64,000 nt of DNA from the NCBI GenBank assembly GCA_036785375.1, contig JAWMAR010000034.1, positions 1,798,001 to 1,862,000 of the forward strand, given 5' to 3'. The translations under genes and the position numbers were made by a program. The stretch is from Leucoraja ocellata. Lineage: Eukaryota. This document shows positions 1 through 11,553 of the stretch, piece after piece (positions within the stretch are counted from its first letter, which is position 1; every line of letters begins with the position of its first letter). The notes beneath the pieces are model-generated. The model was not told where the DNA came from. It worked only from the letters and a program-made list of their open reading frames with translations, and searched no databases.

Positions 1-111
1 GATGCTGCCTGTCATGCTGATTTGCTCCAGCATTCTGTGTCCATCTTGAGTGTGAACCAGCAGTTGCATACATCATAAATGGTTATCTTCATCCAGGGGC
101 TGTGTGTATCC

Positions 112-456
112 CTGGCATGGCTAGCATTTATTGCCCATTCATAATTGCCCAGTTTTAAGTGGAACTGATTAACTTGTTGGGCCATTTCAGCAGACAGTTA
201 GGTATCAATCTGGTGGGCGATGCACACAGGCCTGTCATGTTAAGGAAGCAAATATCCTTTCCTCAAGGACATCGGTGAACCAAATGGATTTGTCCAACAA
301 TTGGCTCATATCAAGGTTTCTTTACTGAGTAGACATTTTGTTTCGTTTAATCTTAACTCAGTTACGTGAATTTAAATTTCCCAGATGCCTTGGTGGATTT
401 GAAGTCGCTACTCCAGCTCAATAGTCTAGACCAGTGAATAGTACAGCAACTTAACC
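112..456 (-). mobile_element. Old tRNA-headed SINE (MetaSINE/SlmI-like) with L2/CR1-type GGGCAATAAATGC tail, decayed
   Basis: Minus strand reads ggttaag...ttcaaatccacca..ctgggaaatttaaattca...catttggttcaccgatgtccttgaggaaagga...gggcaataaatgctagcc. Related pieces at about 35205-35330, 36705-36770 and 40033-40145. Family name is from recalled consensus. Confidence 0.55.
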
Positions 457-795
457 CGGTGGTGCAGTGGCAGGGTTGCAGCCTGACAGTGCCTGAGACC
501 CCGGTTCAATCCTGACTACAGGTGCTGTCTGTACGGAGTTTGTACGTTATCCCAGTGACTGCATGGGTTTTCTCTGGGATCTCCGGTTTCCTCTCACACT
601 CCAAAGACACACAGGTTTGCAGGTTAATTGGCTTGGTATAATTGTAAATTGCCCCTGGTGTGTATGGGAAAGTGTTAGTGTGCGGGGATCGCTGATCGCA
701 ATGGACTCAGTGGGCCGTAGGGCCAGTTTCCGCGCTGTATCTCTAAACTAAACCAAACTAAACCAAGCTAGACTAAACTAAACCATACCAAACCA
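457..795 (+). mobile_element. HE1-like tRNA-derived V-SINE, near full length
   Basis: A-box-like GGTGGTGCAGTGG, B-box GGTTCAATCC, V-domain GGAGTTTGTACGTT..CC, CR1-derived tail GGGCC...CTGTATCTC followed by (AAACT/AAACC)n. Confidence 0.9.
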
Positions 796-1061
796 CCATG
801 CTGGAAGGATAAGTGAACCAATGTCAGCATCCTCTCCCAGGCCAATATCCCTAGCACTGCAATCCTAGTGACTCAGCTGGCACCTAATGACAGGCAAGGC
901 CATTCACACTCCCCAAACTCACATTTCATTCTGGGCTACATCTTGGGGGGGATAGCTAGGAGGACAGGGGAAAAGATTGAAGCCTGCGCTGAAAGCCTCA
1001 TGAGAGAAGTCCAATATCCACACTGGCCCCTGAGAATCCCTGGACAAAGACCATTCAATGT

Positions 1062-1632
1062 GAGGTAGAGACCATTTGGAATGAAGTTGAGAAGATCTAG
1101 TCACCCCATTACAGGAAGGATGTGGGGTATTTGGGGAAGATGCACGAGGTTTGCCAGGATGCTGCCTGGATTCGAGGGTATTAGCTGCCAGGAGAGGTTG
1201 GACAGACTTGGATTATTTTCTCCAGAGCACCAAAAGTTGAGTGGAGACCAGACAGGAGTAAATAAAATGAACAGGGCCACAAATAGGGTAGATAGTCCAA
1301 ACCTTTTCCTCGGGGTGTAAATGTCAACCACTAGAGAGCGCAGTTTTAAGATAATAGGAGTAATGTTTAATGGAGATGTGCGGGGCAAGTTTTTTTACAC
1401 AGAGGGTGGTCGGAGCCGAGAACACACGCTGTCAGGGGTGGTGCTGGCGACAGATAAGATAATGGCGTTTAAGAGGCTTTGAAATGGGCATGGATATGCA
1501 GAGAATGGAGGGATGTGGATGAGGTGCAGGCAGATGAGATTAGTTTATATTGGCATCATGCCTGGCACAGACATTGTGGGCTGAAGGGACCATTCCTGTT
1601 GTGTAGCGTTCTATGTTCTACTATGTTGTATG
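1062..1632 (+). mobile_element. CR1/HER1-type LINE 3' fragment
   Basis: Decayed RT C-terminal peptide RFARMLPGFEGISCQERLDRLGLFS, TTTTTTACACAGAGGGTGG motif and CR1 3' UTR. Confidence 0.85.
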
Positions 1633-1684
1633 AGAAGCTAGAGCACAGGCCACAGCGTCCCTGCATCAACAGCAGAAGGAGCCC

Positions 1685-1978
1685 ACCATGGCTCAGCGGT
1701 AGAGTTGCTGCCTTTCTGCGCCAGGGTCCCAGGTTCGTTCCTGACGATGGATGGTGTCTCTACGGAGTTTGCAAGTTCTGCCTGTGACTGCGTGGGTTTT
1801 CTCCAGGCACTCTGGTATCCTCCCACACTCCAAAGAAGTACAGACTTGTAAGTTAGTTGGTTGTGTTAAAATAGTAAAATGCCCCTCGTGTGTAGGATAA
1901 TGTTAGCGTCTGGGATGATTGCTGGTCTGCGCAGACACATTGGGCCAAAGGGCCTGTTTCCGTGCTGTATCTCTAAAG
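1685..1978 (+). mobile_element. HE1-like V-SINE
   Basis: GCTCAGCGGTAGAGTTGCTGCC head and CTGTATCTCTAAA tail; homologous to 457-795. Confidence 0.9.
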
Positions 1979-2804
1979 TCGAAAGACCGTACCACACACC
2001 TCATCCAAACACTCCATCCAGATCAAACTGCATCACGCAAGGGCACTGCAGTGTGGTACTCCCCCAGAACATCACTGCAGTGTCTGTATCGCAGATGAGG
2101 TTGAATCATTGCACAAACACACAGCATTTTGATTCAATTCTGAGCGAAACTCAAATTAGCGCAAGGTCAGCAAAAACGAAAGCAGCTCCTGGGATAACGA
2201 TATTACAGTAAGTATCAAATGACAAGGACCATCCTACACACTGCCTTCAAAAGGATAAACACATCCGTCTCACACGAACCTTATCTCTGCTACAAAGGCC
2301 CACATAATGTGGCAAACTTTCACACAGGCGTTCAGTCATTAATCCCCTTCTCCGCACTGATGCAAGCGTTGCGGTGCAAGCATCACCAGGCGGTTTAGAG
2401 TGGATTATGCAGACTCAATCCCTTCAGCCTTTGAGGGAGGAAAATGGTTCTTCAAATCTCATTTTCTGCCACAAGCATTTAGCAAATAATCACATCGCAA
2501 ATCCCTCTCCTTAAGCTCAAGACAAGAAAAGACAACAAGCAAAAAAAAAAAAAAAAAGGTTCGATTCGAGGTGTTAAAAGAATTAAGCAGAACAGATAGT
2601 TGTGCACTGATCCCGAAACATCACAGGGAAGCAGCAAGTCAGGCGGAGAGGCCATGCCACCATCTCGGAAGATGTCACAAACTTGTGGGAGGCAGGATAT
2701 TTGTTCACAAATCTTTTGGACAATCTGGGATGGGGGTTGTTTTCCATCGGCATTGTTTTTTTGGATACCATAAGTAGAATAGCGTAGTACCAAGTACCAT
2801 AAAT

Positions 2805-3106
2805 GGGCAGCATGGTGGTGCAGCACGTAGAGCGGCTGTCCTACAATGCCGGAGACCCAGATTTGAACCTGACCACGGGTGCTGTCTATACGGAGTTTGT
2901 ACGTTCTCCCTGACCTGTGTGGGTTTTCTCCAGGAGCTGCGTTTCCTCCCGCACCCCAAAGACGTACAGGTTTGTAGGTTAATTGGTTTGGCAAAATTGT
3001 AAATCGGTCCTCGTGTGTGTAGGATAGTGTTAGTGCACGGGGATCGCTGGTCGGCGCGGACTCGGTGGGCCAAAGGGCCCGTTTCCGCGCTGTATCTCTA
3101 AACCAA
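2805..3106 (+). mobile_element. HE1-like V-SINE, full length
   Basis: Head, V-domain and tail all match the other copies. Confidence 0.92.
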
Positions 3107-3340
3107 AGTGCCAAACATCACTGTATATGCTGCTACAGATTATTCTTCAATCATATCTCCTTGCCCTGGCATTACTACAACACGGGGAATCATGTCAGAA
3201 CCTCCTCGTGGAGATCCCGGAAACAACGACACCATGCACTTCGTGCGATCAATTCTGTCAACATGTTGGACGACGACGGAAGCCAACAGCGAGCTACGCT
3301 TCGTCTGACACACGAGAGAACGAACTACAACTCGGGCTTC

Positions 3341-3650
3341 AGTCAATCCTGACCTCGTCTGCTGCCTGTATGGACTTTGCACATTCTCATTGTGACTCCA
3401 TGGGTTTCTTCTGGGTCAACGTTACGTTTTCCACCCACACCCCAACAACCTGTTGGTTGGCCGGTTAATTGGCCACTCCAAATTGGCCTCGTATAGGCGA
3501 GTGGTAACGTCAGCAGTGGGCGACGTTGATGGAAACGCAAGGAGAATAAAATGGTGTTAGAGTAGGATTATTGAAAATGGGTGCTTGGTGGTCAGCATGG
3601 ACACGATAGGCTGAATGGCCTGTGTGCATCCTGGAACTCTTGATGACTCA
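3341..3650 (+). mobile_element. Older, 5'-truncated HE1-like V-SINE
   Basis: TCAATCCTGACCTCG...GGACTTTGCACATTCTC...GGTTAATTGGCC...GGCTGAATGGCCTGT. Confidence 0.7.
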
Positions 3651-4254
3651 ATGAGCTGCAGGGTGGAAAGAACATTGCAGGCAATGTTACAAACTTCCAT
3701 GTGCTGGTGATGATCTGATCTGATCAGTCAGCCTCGGCAGCGTCTGACATTTTCAAACTGATTGTTATCATATTGAATGATTTGATCTCTGTAAACCTCG
3801 GGGGCTGTGGGTGAATCACAACAATCTGTTGCGGGGTTAATTAAAACAGATTGGATGAGCCACTTTCTCCAAAGCTGTGCAGGCAGCTCCTTTACACATC
3901 AGATCTCAATCGCACGGAAGGTAAACTTATTAATGTGACCCTTGATCTAGGAATCTCATTCTTGTCGGGATGGCAACTGTAAAGCTGCTCCTGGTGACAC
4001 AGGATGCTACTGGCTTCAGCCGATAAATTAAACCTGGATTCCTGAGACGGAGATCCCAACAGCAGACAACATCTTTGGTCTTACTGCTCCCTATCATTCA
4101 AAGTGTTTGGAATGAAATCCAAATGAAAACGTTACAATTTATTTCCCCCCTAACTACCAGGCCAATGAGAATCTCAACGGTGGAGGCCACCTGCTGTTGT
4201 CATTCAGTGGAGACTGATGGAGATGGAATCTTAGTCATTTTTTCCATTCTTTAT

Positions 4255-4660
4255 CGAATGAAGTTGAGGGGAGACTGTGTAAAACTATGAGAAGCACAGA
4301 TGCGGTAAACAGTCAGAACCTTTCTTCCAGGGTGGAAATGTCAAAGACCAGAGGGCATAGCTTTAAGGTAAGAGGAGGAAAGGAGATGCAAGGGTGGGTA
4401 TTTTATACAGAGAGGGGCAGGTGCTGGGAACATGCTGCTAGGAGTGGTGTAGAGGCAGGGACGAGAGGGGCTTTTAAGGGGCTTGTAGATGTTAAGGGGC
4501 ACATGGAAATGCAGGGAATGGAGAGCTATGGATCACATGCAGGCAGAGGAAATTGGTTTAACTTGGCATCATGTTCGGAATGAACATTATGGGTCAAAGG
4601 GTTCGTTCGTGAGCTGCAATGCTCCTGACCTGTAAGGGTTCATTCCTGAGCTGTTCTATA
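4255..4660 (+). mobile_element. CR1 LINE 3' fragment
   Basis: Peptide SQNLSSRVEMSKTRGHSFKVRG and CR1 3' UTR. Confidence 0.8.
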
Positions 4661-4687
4661 TAATGATCCAATAATTTGGATTCAAAT

Positions 4688-5530
4688 TAGTTTATTGTCA
4701 CATACACCAGGATGCAATGAAACTCGGTGTTGGCGTGAAGCTGATAGTGTACATGGTAATGACAGATGCAACTATAAACTCAATGACAGATGCAAAGCAG
4801 CAGAACCGTGCAGGGTTGCAGTGCAATCTGAGGCAGTGCTGAAGTGCAACAATGGGACAAGCAAATGGGTGGAGTGATGTGAGTAAGAGTAGGTGGCAGC
4901 ACCCCAGGAAAGGAGGTGGGAAAGAAGTGAGCGGCTCAGGGGTCTGATAGCAGAAGGTGTTCTTAAATCTGGGTCTTAAGTCTAAGTTCTTAAGGCTTTC
5001 AAGCTCCTGGATCTTCTCCCAAACAATAGAAGAAGGAAAATGGGATGGGCTGGTGGCAGGGAGTCTTGCCGACAACTCCAGCCATCCTGATGCAACTGAC
5101 CGTGAAGTTGGAGTGGATGGAAAGAAGTGGTGAGCCTGTGCTGGACTGGACAGTGGTCTAGGCGTCTAGTGTCGTTTACTATTGTCACATGATACAGTGG
5201 TACAGTGAAAAGCTTTTGTTGCGTGCTATCCAGTCAGCAGAAAGACAACACATGATTACAATCGAGGTGATCAAAGCAGTTGCCATAGCAGACCGAGATG
5301 CATCTCATCAGAATTTACTTTCTATGGCGTATCTGTGGAAGCTCGAGGGAATCCTCATGATTAGCCAAATCCTCTCAGATACAGTACCTCAGAAAGTATA
5401 TACACTGATGTGCTTTCTTGATCACTGCATCGATGTGAAGAGACCAAGTTAGGTAGCTGCTAATAAGGTTATCTAGTTTCTTGAAGCTGTTGACCATGTC
5501 TGCAGCAGCTCCATTGATGAGGACAGGGCA
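4688..5530 (-). mobile_element. Rex1/Babar-type LINE 3' fragment, interrupted by a second Rex-type tail at about 5168-5265
   Basis: TTTATTGTCA tail signature and decayed RT C-terminal sequence homologous to 11125-11360. Confidence 0.6.
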
Positions 5531-5549
5531 TCAGTCAGATTTTAAAGTA

Positions 5550-5985
5550 TCAGTTTAAATTATTGTTATTATGTACTGAGGTACAGTGAAATGCTGCTGC
5601 ATGTTAACCAGTCAGTAGAAAGACAAATACATGATTGCAATTGAGTCATTTACAGTGTATAGATACATGATAAGAGAATATACCATAGTGCATAGTAAAG
5701 TCTAATTAATGATAGTCCGAGGGTCACCAATGTGGTAGATAATAGTTCAGGACTGCTCTCTAGGTGTGGTAGGATGATTCAGTTGCCTGATAACAGCTGG
5801 GAAGAAACTGGCCCTGAATCTGGAGCTGTGCGTTTTCACACGTTTGCCCGATGAGAGAGGGGGGAAGAGGGTGTGACTTGTCCTTGATTATGCTGCAGGC
5901 CTTGCCGAGGCAGCATGAGGTATAGATGGAGCCAACGGAAGAGAGGTTGGTTTGTATGATGGTCTGGGATGCATTCACCAACTCT
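5550..5985 (-). mobile_element. Rex1/Babar-type LINE 3' end
   Basis: GAGGTACAGTGAAA...GGATGATTCAGTTGCCTGATAACAGCTGGGAAGAAACTG; matches 63677-63925 in the opposite orientation. Confidence 0.7.
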
Positions 5986-6549
5986 ACACTCCCACTCCCT
6001 CAGTCAATGGACACACAGAATAGAATGCAGGGTAATTCAATGCAGGACTTGGGGAGTTGTGCAACACCAATGCATTACACAGATCTTGCAGCTCATAAGC
6101 AAACCAGCAGATCCATATGCAGTTCCGTTCCATATGAAATTCCTCGATAATTAATGGAGCTCTAACAAATTATCTTGCAATTCTCTTTGCCTTCTTGGAA
6201 AAGGTTAACTTCTACTTAACCTTAATTTGCCTTGGAAATTGGCTCAGTCGTAAAAGTTCCAATTTGACCGGGTCTAATCTAAACTTGGTTTATGCCTGAG
6301 TAATTAGAGAGAGATTCAGCACTGAATCCATGTCAACAATCAATCATTTCGCTTTTAGATATTTTAGAGATACAGCGTGGAAAGAGGCCCTTTGGCTCAC
6401 CGACCAGCGATCCCCGCACATTAACACAATCCTACACACACTAGGGACAATTTACATTTATACCAAGCCAACTAACCGACAAACCTGAGGTAGACACAAA
6501 ATGCTGGAGTAACTCAGCGGGACAGGGAGCATCTCTGGGGAGAAGGAAT

Positions 6550-6584
6550 GGGTGACGTTTCAGGTCGAGACCCTTCTTCAGACT
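6550..6584 (-). ncRNA. Minimal type I hammerhead ribozyme motif (GUC site) in the PLE terminal repeat
   Basis: Minus strand: AGT-CTGAAGA-A-GGGT CTCG ACCT-GAA-ACGT-C-ACCC. Confidence 0.8.
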
Positions 6585-6690
6585 GATGTCAGGGGAGTGG
6601 GCTGTACAGAGATAAAATGTAGTCGGAGACGGTAAAACTGGTGGGAAAACTGGGAAGAGGGAGGGGATGGAGAGAGAGAGAAAGCAAGAG

Positions 6691-7017
6691 CTACTTGAAG
6701 TTAGAGAAATCAATGTTCATACCGCTGGGGTGTAAACTACCCACGCAAAATATGAGGTGCTGTTCCTCCAATTTGCGCTGGGCCTCACTCTGACAGTGGA
6801 GGAGGCCCAGGGCAGAAAAGTCAGATTGGGAATGTGAGGAGGAGTTAAAGTGCTGAGCAACGGGGAGATCAGGTAAATTGAGGCAGACTGAGCAGAGGTG
6901 TTCAGTGCAACGATCGCCGAGCCTGCGCTTGGTCCCGTCGATATACAGGAGTCGACAGCTGGAACAGCGGATACAGGAGATGAGATTGGAGGAGGTGCAA
7001 GTGAACCTCTGCCTCAC
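6691..7017 (-). pseudogene. Penelope-like GIY-YIG endonuclease domain, decayed
   Basis: FTCTSSNLISCIRCSSCRLLYIDGTKRRLGDRCTEHL...PVAQHFN...H...RKLEEQHLIFCVGSLHPSGMN; the YIG motif is mutated to YID. Confidence 0.88.
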
Positions 7018-8283
7018 CTGACAAGACTGTAGGGGTCCTTGGACGGAGGGAAAGGGACAGGTGTTGCATCTCCTGCAGTTGCAGGGAAAAGTACCTGGGG
7101 GAGGGGGTGGTTTGGGTGGGAAGGGACGAGTTGACCAGGGAGTTGCGGAGGGAATGGTCTCTGCAGATAGCGGAAAGAGGTGGAGATGGGAAGATGTGGC
7201 CAGTAGTGGGATCCCGTTGGAGGTGGCGAAAATGTCGGAGGATTATGTGCTGTATGCGATGGCTGATGGGGTGGAAGGTGAGGACATGGGGGACTCTTTC
7301 CTTGTTATGAATGTGGGGAGGGGGAGGGGGAGCTAGAGCGGAGCTGCAGTATATCCAGCAGACTCTAGTGAGATCCTAATTTATAATGGAAGAGGGGAAC
7401 CCCTGTTCTCTAAAGAATGAGGTCATCTCCGATGACATGGTAGGAAAATCCTTATCCTGGGCACAGATGTAGCGTAGACGGGGGAATTGGGAGTAGGGGA
7501 TAAAGTATTTACAGGAAGCAGGATGGGAAGAAGTGTATTCTAGTTAACTATGGGAGTCAGTGGGTTTGTAATAGATGCCAGTCGATAGTCTGTCTCCTGT
7601 GATGGAGACGGTGAGATCTTGAAACTGTAGGAAGATGTCGGAGATTCAGATTCAACTTTAATTGTCATTGTCAGTGTACAGTACAGAGACAACGAAATGC
7701 AGTAGTCCAAGTGAATTTGAGTGCAGGATGGAAATTAGTCGTGAAGATGACGTCAGTGGGGTCTACTTTGAAGAAGTTCTCCTCATCTTTTCGACGAGAG
7801 TTCAGATTCCTACACAACCTACAAACTTATACATCTTTGGAGTTTTTTCACAAGGCTTTCTATAAGCCTTCTTTATAAACCTGCCCCAAAGACATTTGCA
7901 GAAATGCAGAGAATGTCTTGCTGTCCTGATTAAGAACAGCGAACATATGTCAATATGGCCTAGATAAAGAGCTGAGACAGCCAAAAATAAGCCATGTAGA
8001 TGGGCCTACTCCCACTCCTAACTCCTATGTTTGTATGCACCCACACAAATGCAAGGTGGACTTCAAAAAAAGAATTCAGGGAAGGATAATAAATACTAGC
8101 CCTCATTCGGCATAATAATTCGAAGAAAAAGATGCATTTAGTTTGTTTCCTCCTGACAAGTGTCTATAGACATTACCCAGCCAAGAGCACTACATAAATG
8201 CTAATTGTGCTTCAGCAGTGTACTCTCTGCGATTGCCAAATTCAGTCAGGCCAGATCCAAAGCATCCATGTTTTTTGCTTGAT

Positions 8284-8582
8284 TGAAAGATACAGTGTGG
8301 AAACAGGCTCTTTGGTCCACTGAGCCCATTCCGGCCATCGATCACCTGTTCATACTAGTTCACTTGTTATCTCACTTTCCCATCCGCTCGCTACACGCTA
8401 GGGGCAATTTGCAGAGGCCAATTAACCGACAAACCTGCACGTCTTTGGGATGTGGGTGGAAGCCAGAGCACCCATGCGGTGATGGGGGAGAAGTTGCAAC
8501 GTCCACATGGACAGCACCCAAGGTCAGGATCGAACCCTGGTCTCTGATGCTGTCAAGTAGCAAACGTGTCACTGTGCCACCT
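8284..8582 (-). mobile_element. HE1-like V-SINE
   Basis: Reverse complement of head, B-box (GGATCGAACC) and tail. Confidence 0.85.
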
Positions 8583-8585
8583 AGT

Positions 8586-8908
8586 TCATAGGTCACAGGT
8601 GATAGGAGCAGAATTAGGCCATTCGACCATCATCCACTCCGCTATTCAATCATGGTTGATCTAACTTTCCCTCCTAACCCCATTCTCCTGCCTTCCTCCC
8701 ATAACTCCTGACACCCATACTAATGAAGTATCATACTATCTCCGCCTTAAAAATATCCATTGACTTGGCCTCAACAGCCTTCCACAGATTCCACAGATTC
8801 ACCAGCCTCTGGCCAAAGAAATTCCTCCTCATCTCCTTCCTAAAGGAAGGGCCTTTATTTCTGAGGCTATGACCTCTAGTCCGAAACTCTCCCACCAGTG
8901 GAAACAAT
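8586..8908 (-). mobile_element. CR1 LINE 3' fragment
   Basis: GGAGCAGAATTAGGCCATTCG...TTCCACAGATTCACCA. Confidence 0.85.
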
Positions 8909-9254
8909 GGAGTGAATCGTTATGTGCCCTGAGTTCATTATACTCTATTTTTCCAGAAAATATGATGACTTTCCATGTGCTCTGCTAGCAGTGATATTGC
9001 AGTGAATAATTTCCAATGGTGTTTCAGAGGGCACCCAGTCTAAGCATCAATCATTCTTTACTCCAGTGTAATGTGATTCAAGACAGTGTAATGGTTTCTT
9101 TATTATTGTCCCCGGGGATATGGTTAATTGTTCATCCTGCCGCCACCGCTGTGATATTGTCCTCCAACTCGAACAGTCAGTGGATTTCAGGATTAAAGTT
9201 TAACAATGATGATAGCTCAGGGTTTACCGGGGCCACTGAGAATGAAGGAGCGAT

Positions 9255-10084
9255 CTGGGGTATAATGTGGATAAATGTGAGGTTATCCATTTTGGTGGCA
9301 AAAACGGGAAAGTAGACTATTATCTAAATGGTGGCCGATTGGGAAAGGGGGAGATGCAGCGAGACCTGGGTGTCATGGTACACCAGTCATTGAAGGTAGG
9401 CATGCAGGTGCAGCAGGCAGTAAAGAAAGCGAATGGTATGTTAGCTTTCATTGCAAAAGGATTTGAGTATAGGAGCAGGGAGGTTCTACTGCAGTTGTAC
9501 AGGGTCTTGGTGAGACCACACCTGGAGTATTGCGTACAGTTTTGGTCTCCAAATCTGAGGAAGGACATTATTGCCATAGAGGGAGTGCAGAGACAGTTCA
9601 CCAGACTGATTCCTGGGATGTCAGGACTGTCTTATGAAGAAAGACTGGATAGACTTGGTTTATACTCTAGAATTTAGGAGATTGAGAGGGGATCTTATAG
9701 AAACTTACAAAATTCTTAAGGGGTTGGACAGGCTAGATGCAGGAAGATTGTTCCCGATGTTAGGGAAGTCCAGGACAAGGGGTCACAGCTTAAGGATAAG
9801 GGGGAAATCCTTTAAAACCGAGATGAGAAGAACTTTTTTCACACAGAGAGTGGTGAATCTCTGGAACTCTGCCACAGAGGGTAGTTGAGGCCAGTTCATT
9901 GGCTATATTTAAGAGGGAGTTAGATGTGGCCCTTGTGGCTAAGGGGATCAGGGGGTATGGAGAGAAGGCAGGTACGGGATACTGAGTTGGATGATCAGCC
10001 ATGATCATATTGAATGGCGGTGCAGGCTCGAAGGGCCGAATGGCCTACTCCTGCACCTAATTTCTATGTTTCTATGTTTCTATG
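9255..10084 (+). mobile_element. Young HER1-like CR1 LINE, 5'-truncated, with (TTTCTATG)n tail
   Basis: Peptide DKCEVIHFG...RDLGVMVHQSLKV...LVRPHLEYCVQFWSP...EERLDRLGLYS, frameshifting into EFRRLRGDLIETYKILKG; 3' UTR and octamer tail present. Confidence 0.95.
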
Positions 10085-10315
10085 GGTGGGGGGGCGCATA
10101 CGGCCGCGGCAGCGGCAGGCCTGGATCACGGTGTGAGCAGAAGATAACACTGTTCGATTAATATTTTGTAACCTTATTGGTGCCAGAACCGTAGCGACTC
10201 TCGTCTCCTGCTGCTTGGGGAGGTCTGCTGTACGATGTTACCGGGTTGTATACAAAACAAAGATTTTCACTGCACCTATGTAGATGTGACAATAATTTAT
10301 CATAGCATCATTGAA
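10085..10315 (+). mobile_element. Non-autonomous element fragment with Rex-type 3' tail
   Basis: TGGTGCCA...TTTTCACTGCACCT..ATGTGACAATAA; related to 28960-29235, 31180-31461 and 35350-35712. Confidence 0.5.
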
Positions 10316-10532
10316 TCACCCCATGGTGTGTGACATGGGATGTTTGCATGTAATAGCAGTGTTCTTAATGGTGGCGGAGACCACAGAATAGGAATGTCTT
10401 GACATTATAACCTTATTGCGTCAGTGGTAGGTGATACGCCATGGGTAACCCAGCAGAGGCATCGTCAAGGAGGGAACTTTTCCATTCTACTTGTCCCTCA
10501 GTCCCAGCAACAACAGATTGTTCCCAACTGCT

Positions 10533-10935
10533 GCAGCCACAGTGGCGCAGAGATAGAGATGCTGCCTTACAGCGCCAGAGACTCGGGTTCGATCCTGCCT
10601 ATGGGCGCTTGTCTGTAAGGAGTTTGTGCCTTCTCCCCTAGACCTGCGTGGGTTTTCTCCGGGATCTCCAGTTTCCTCCCACACTCCGAAGACATACAGG
10701 TTGGTAGGTTGTTTAAGATGGAACTGCAGATGTTGGAAAATCGAAGGTAGACAAAAATGCTCGAGAAACTCAGCGGGTGCAGCAGCATCTATGGAGCGAA
10801 GGAAATAGGCAAAGTTTTGGTCCGAAACATTGCCTATTTCCTTCGTTCCATAGATGCTGCTGTACCCGCTGAGTTTCTCCAGCATTTTTGTCTACCTCAG
10901 GTTGGTAGGTTAATTGGCTTGGTATAATTGCTAAG
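10533..10935 (+). mobile_element. HE1-like V-SINE interrupted by a PLE fold-back insert
   Basis: Head CACAGTGGCGCAG and B-box GGTTCGATCC; the SINE resumes after 10897. Confidence 0.88.
10711..10897. mobile_element. Fold-back (palindromic) Penelope terminal-repeat mini-element with 14 bp target duplication
   Basis: Arms about 10745-10819 and 10822-10897 are near-perfect inverted repeats; CAGGTTGGTAGGTT at 10697-10710 and 10898-10911. Confidence 0.9.
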
Positions 10936-11124
10936 CCTAGCAATCTTCCCTCTTTCCACACTCTCCCTCTTCCTCCTTTCCTCTTCTCGCAATCGGAGCA
11001 GGGTTACCAATTGGCTAAATATTTAGAGTATGGTTTTGTTCCATATGCTTCTGGGGATCTGTGTTGAGAACTCTGAAGGAACTGCAGATGCTGGTTTACG
11101 GAAGATAGACAATGAAATTGGATG

Positions 11125-11360
11125 ATGCCGAAGTAGAGATGGTCAAAAACTTTAAATTACTAGGAGTCAATATCACCAACAAACTTCCCCTGGACCACCC
11201 CTATTGATGCAACGGCCAAGATGGCACACCAATGCCTCTATTTCCTTAGAAGGCTTACAATTCTCACAAACTTCTGCAGATACACCATAGAAAGCATTTT
11301 ATCAGGATGCATCACAACTTGGTTTGGGAACAGCTCCATCCAGGACCGCGAGAAATTGGA
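11125..11360 (+). mobile_element. Rex1/Babar LINE RT C-terminal fragment
   Basis: EVEMVKNFKLLGVNITNKL / AKMAHQCLYFLRRL...CRYTIESILSGCITTWFGNSSIQDREKL. Confidence 0.8.
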
Positions 11361-11553
11361 CCATTGTTGGCTCCACCTTTCCTTGGCCATCGATGCCGGC
11401 TCCTGATTTGTTCTTTACCTTTTCATGCCTCTAGTGTCCCTCTCTCCTGACTCCCAGTCTGAAGAAGAGTCTTGCCCCAAAATATTATCTATTCCTTTTC
11501 TCCAGAGATGTTGCCTGACCCGCCGAGCTACTCCAGCATTTTGTGTCCATCTG
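11361..11553 (+). mobile_element. PLE terminal-repeat element with degenerate hammerhead
   Basis: CAGTCTGAAGAAGAGTCTTGCCCCAAAA...CTCCAGCATTTTGTGTCCATCT; same subtype as 57029-57290. Confidence 0.75.

Larger units (their letters stand above)
6488..7815 (-). mobile_element. Penelope-like element (Neptune/Poseidon type), 5'-truncated: RT C-terminus, GIY-YIG endonuclease, 3' pseudo-LTR with hammerhead
   Basis: Minus-strand peptides NFHPALKFTWT and TGDRLSTGIYYKPTDSH..YTSSHPASCK..IPYSQF, then the GIY-YIG domain and hammerhead motif. A short Rex-type tail is inserted at about 7645-7702. Confidence 0.9.
6363..7845 (-). mobile_element. HE1-like SINE split by a Penelope-like insertion (SINE parts 6363-6487 and 7816-7845)
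   Basis: SINE tail 6363-6487 resumes at 7816 (aacctacaaacttatacatctttggag). Confidence 0.8.

Noticed and set aside
457-530. tRNA genes at SINE heads
   Set aside because: A/B boxes are present but there is no cloverleaf, and they are continuous with the SINE body
2479-3114. 211 aa ORF on the minus strand
   Set aside because: Antisense SINE plus a poly-T run; not protein-like
9267-9888. ORFs of 136 and 84 aa as a host gene
   Set aside because: Frameshifted C-terminus of a CR1 reverse transcriptase in a 5'-truncated copy
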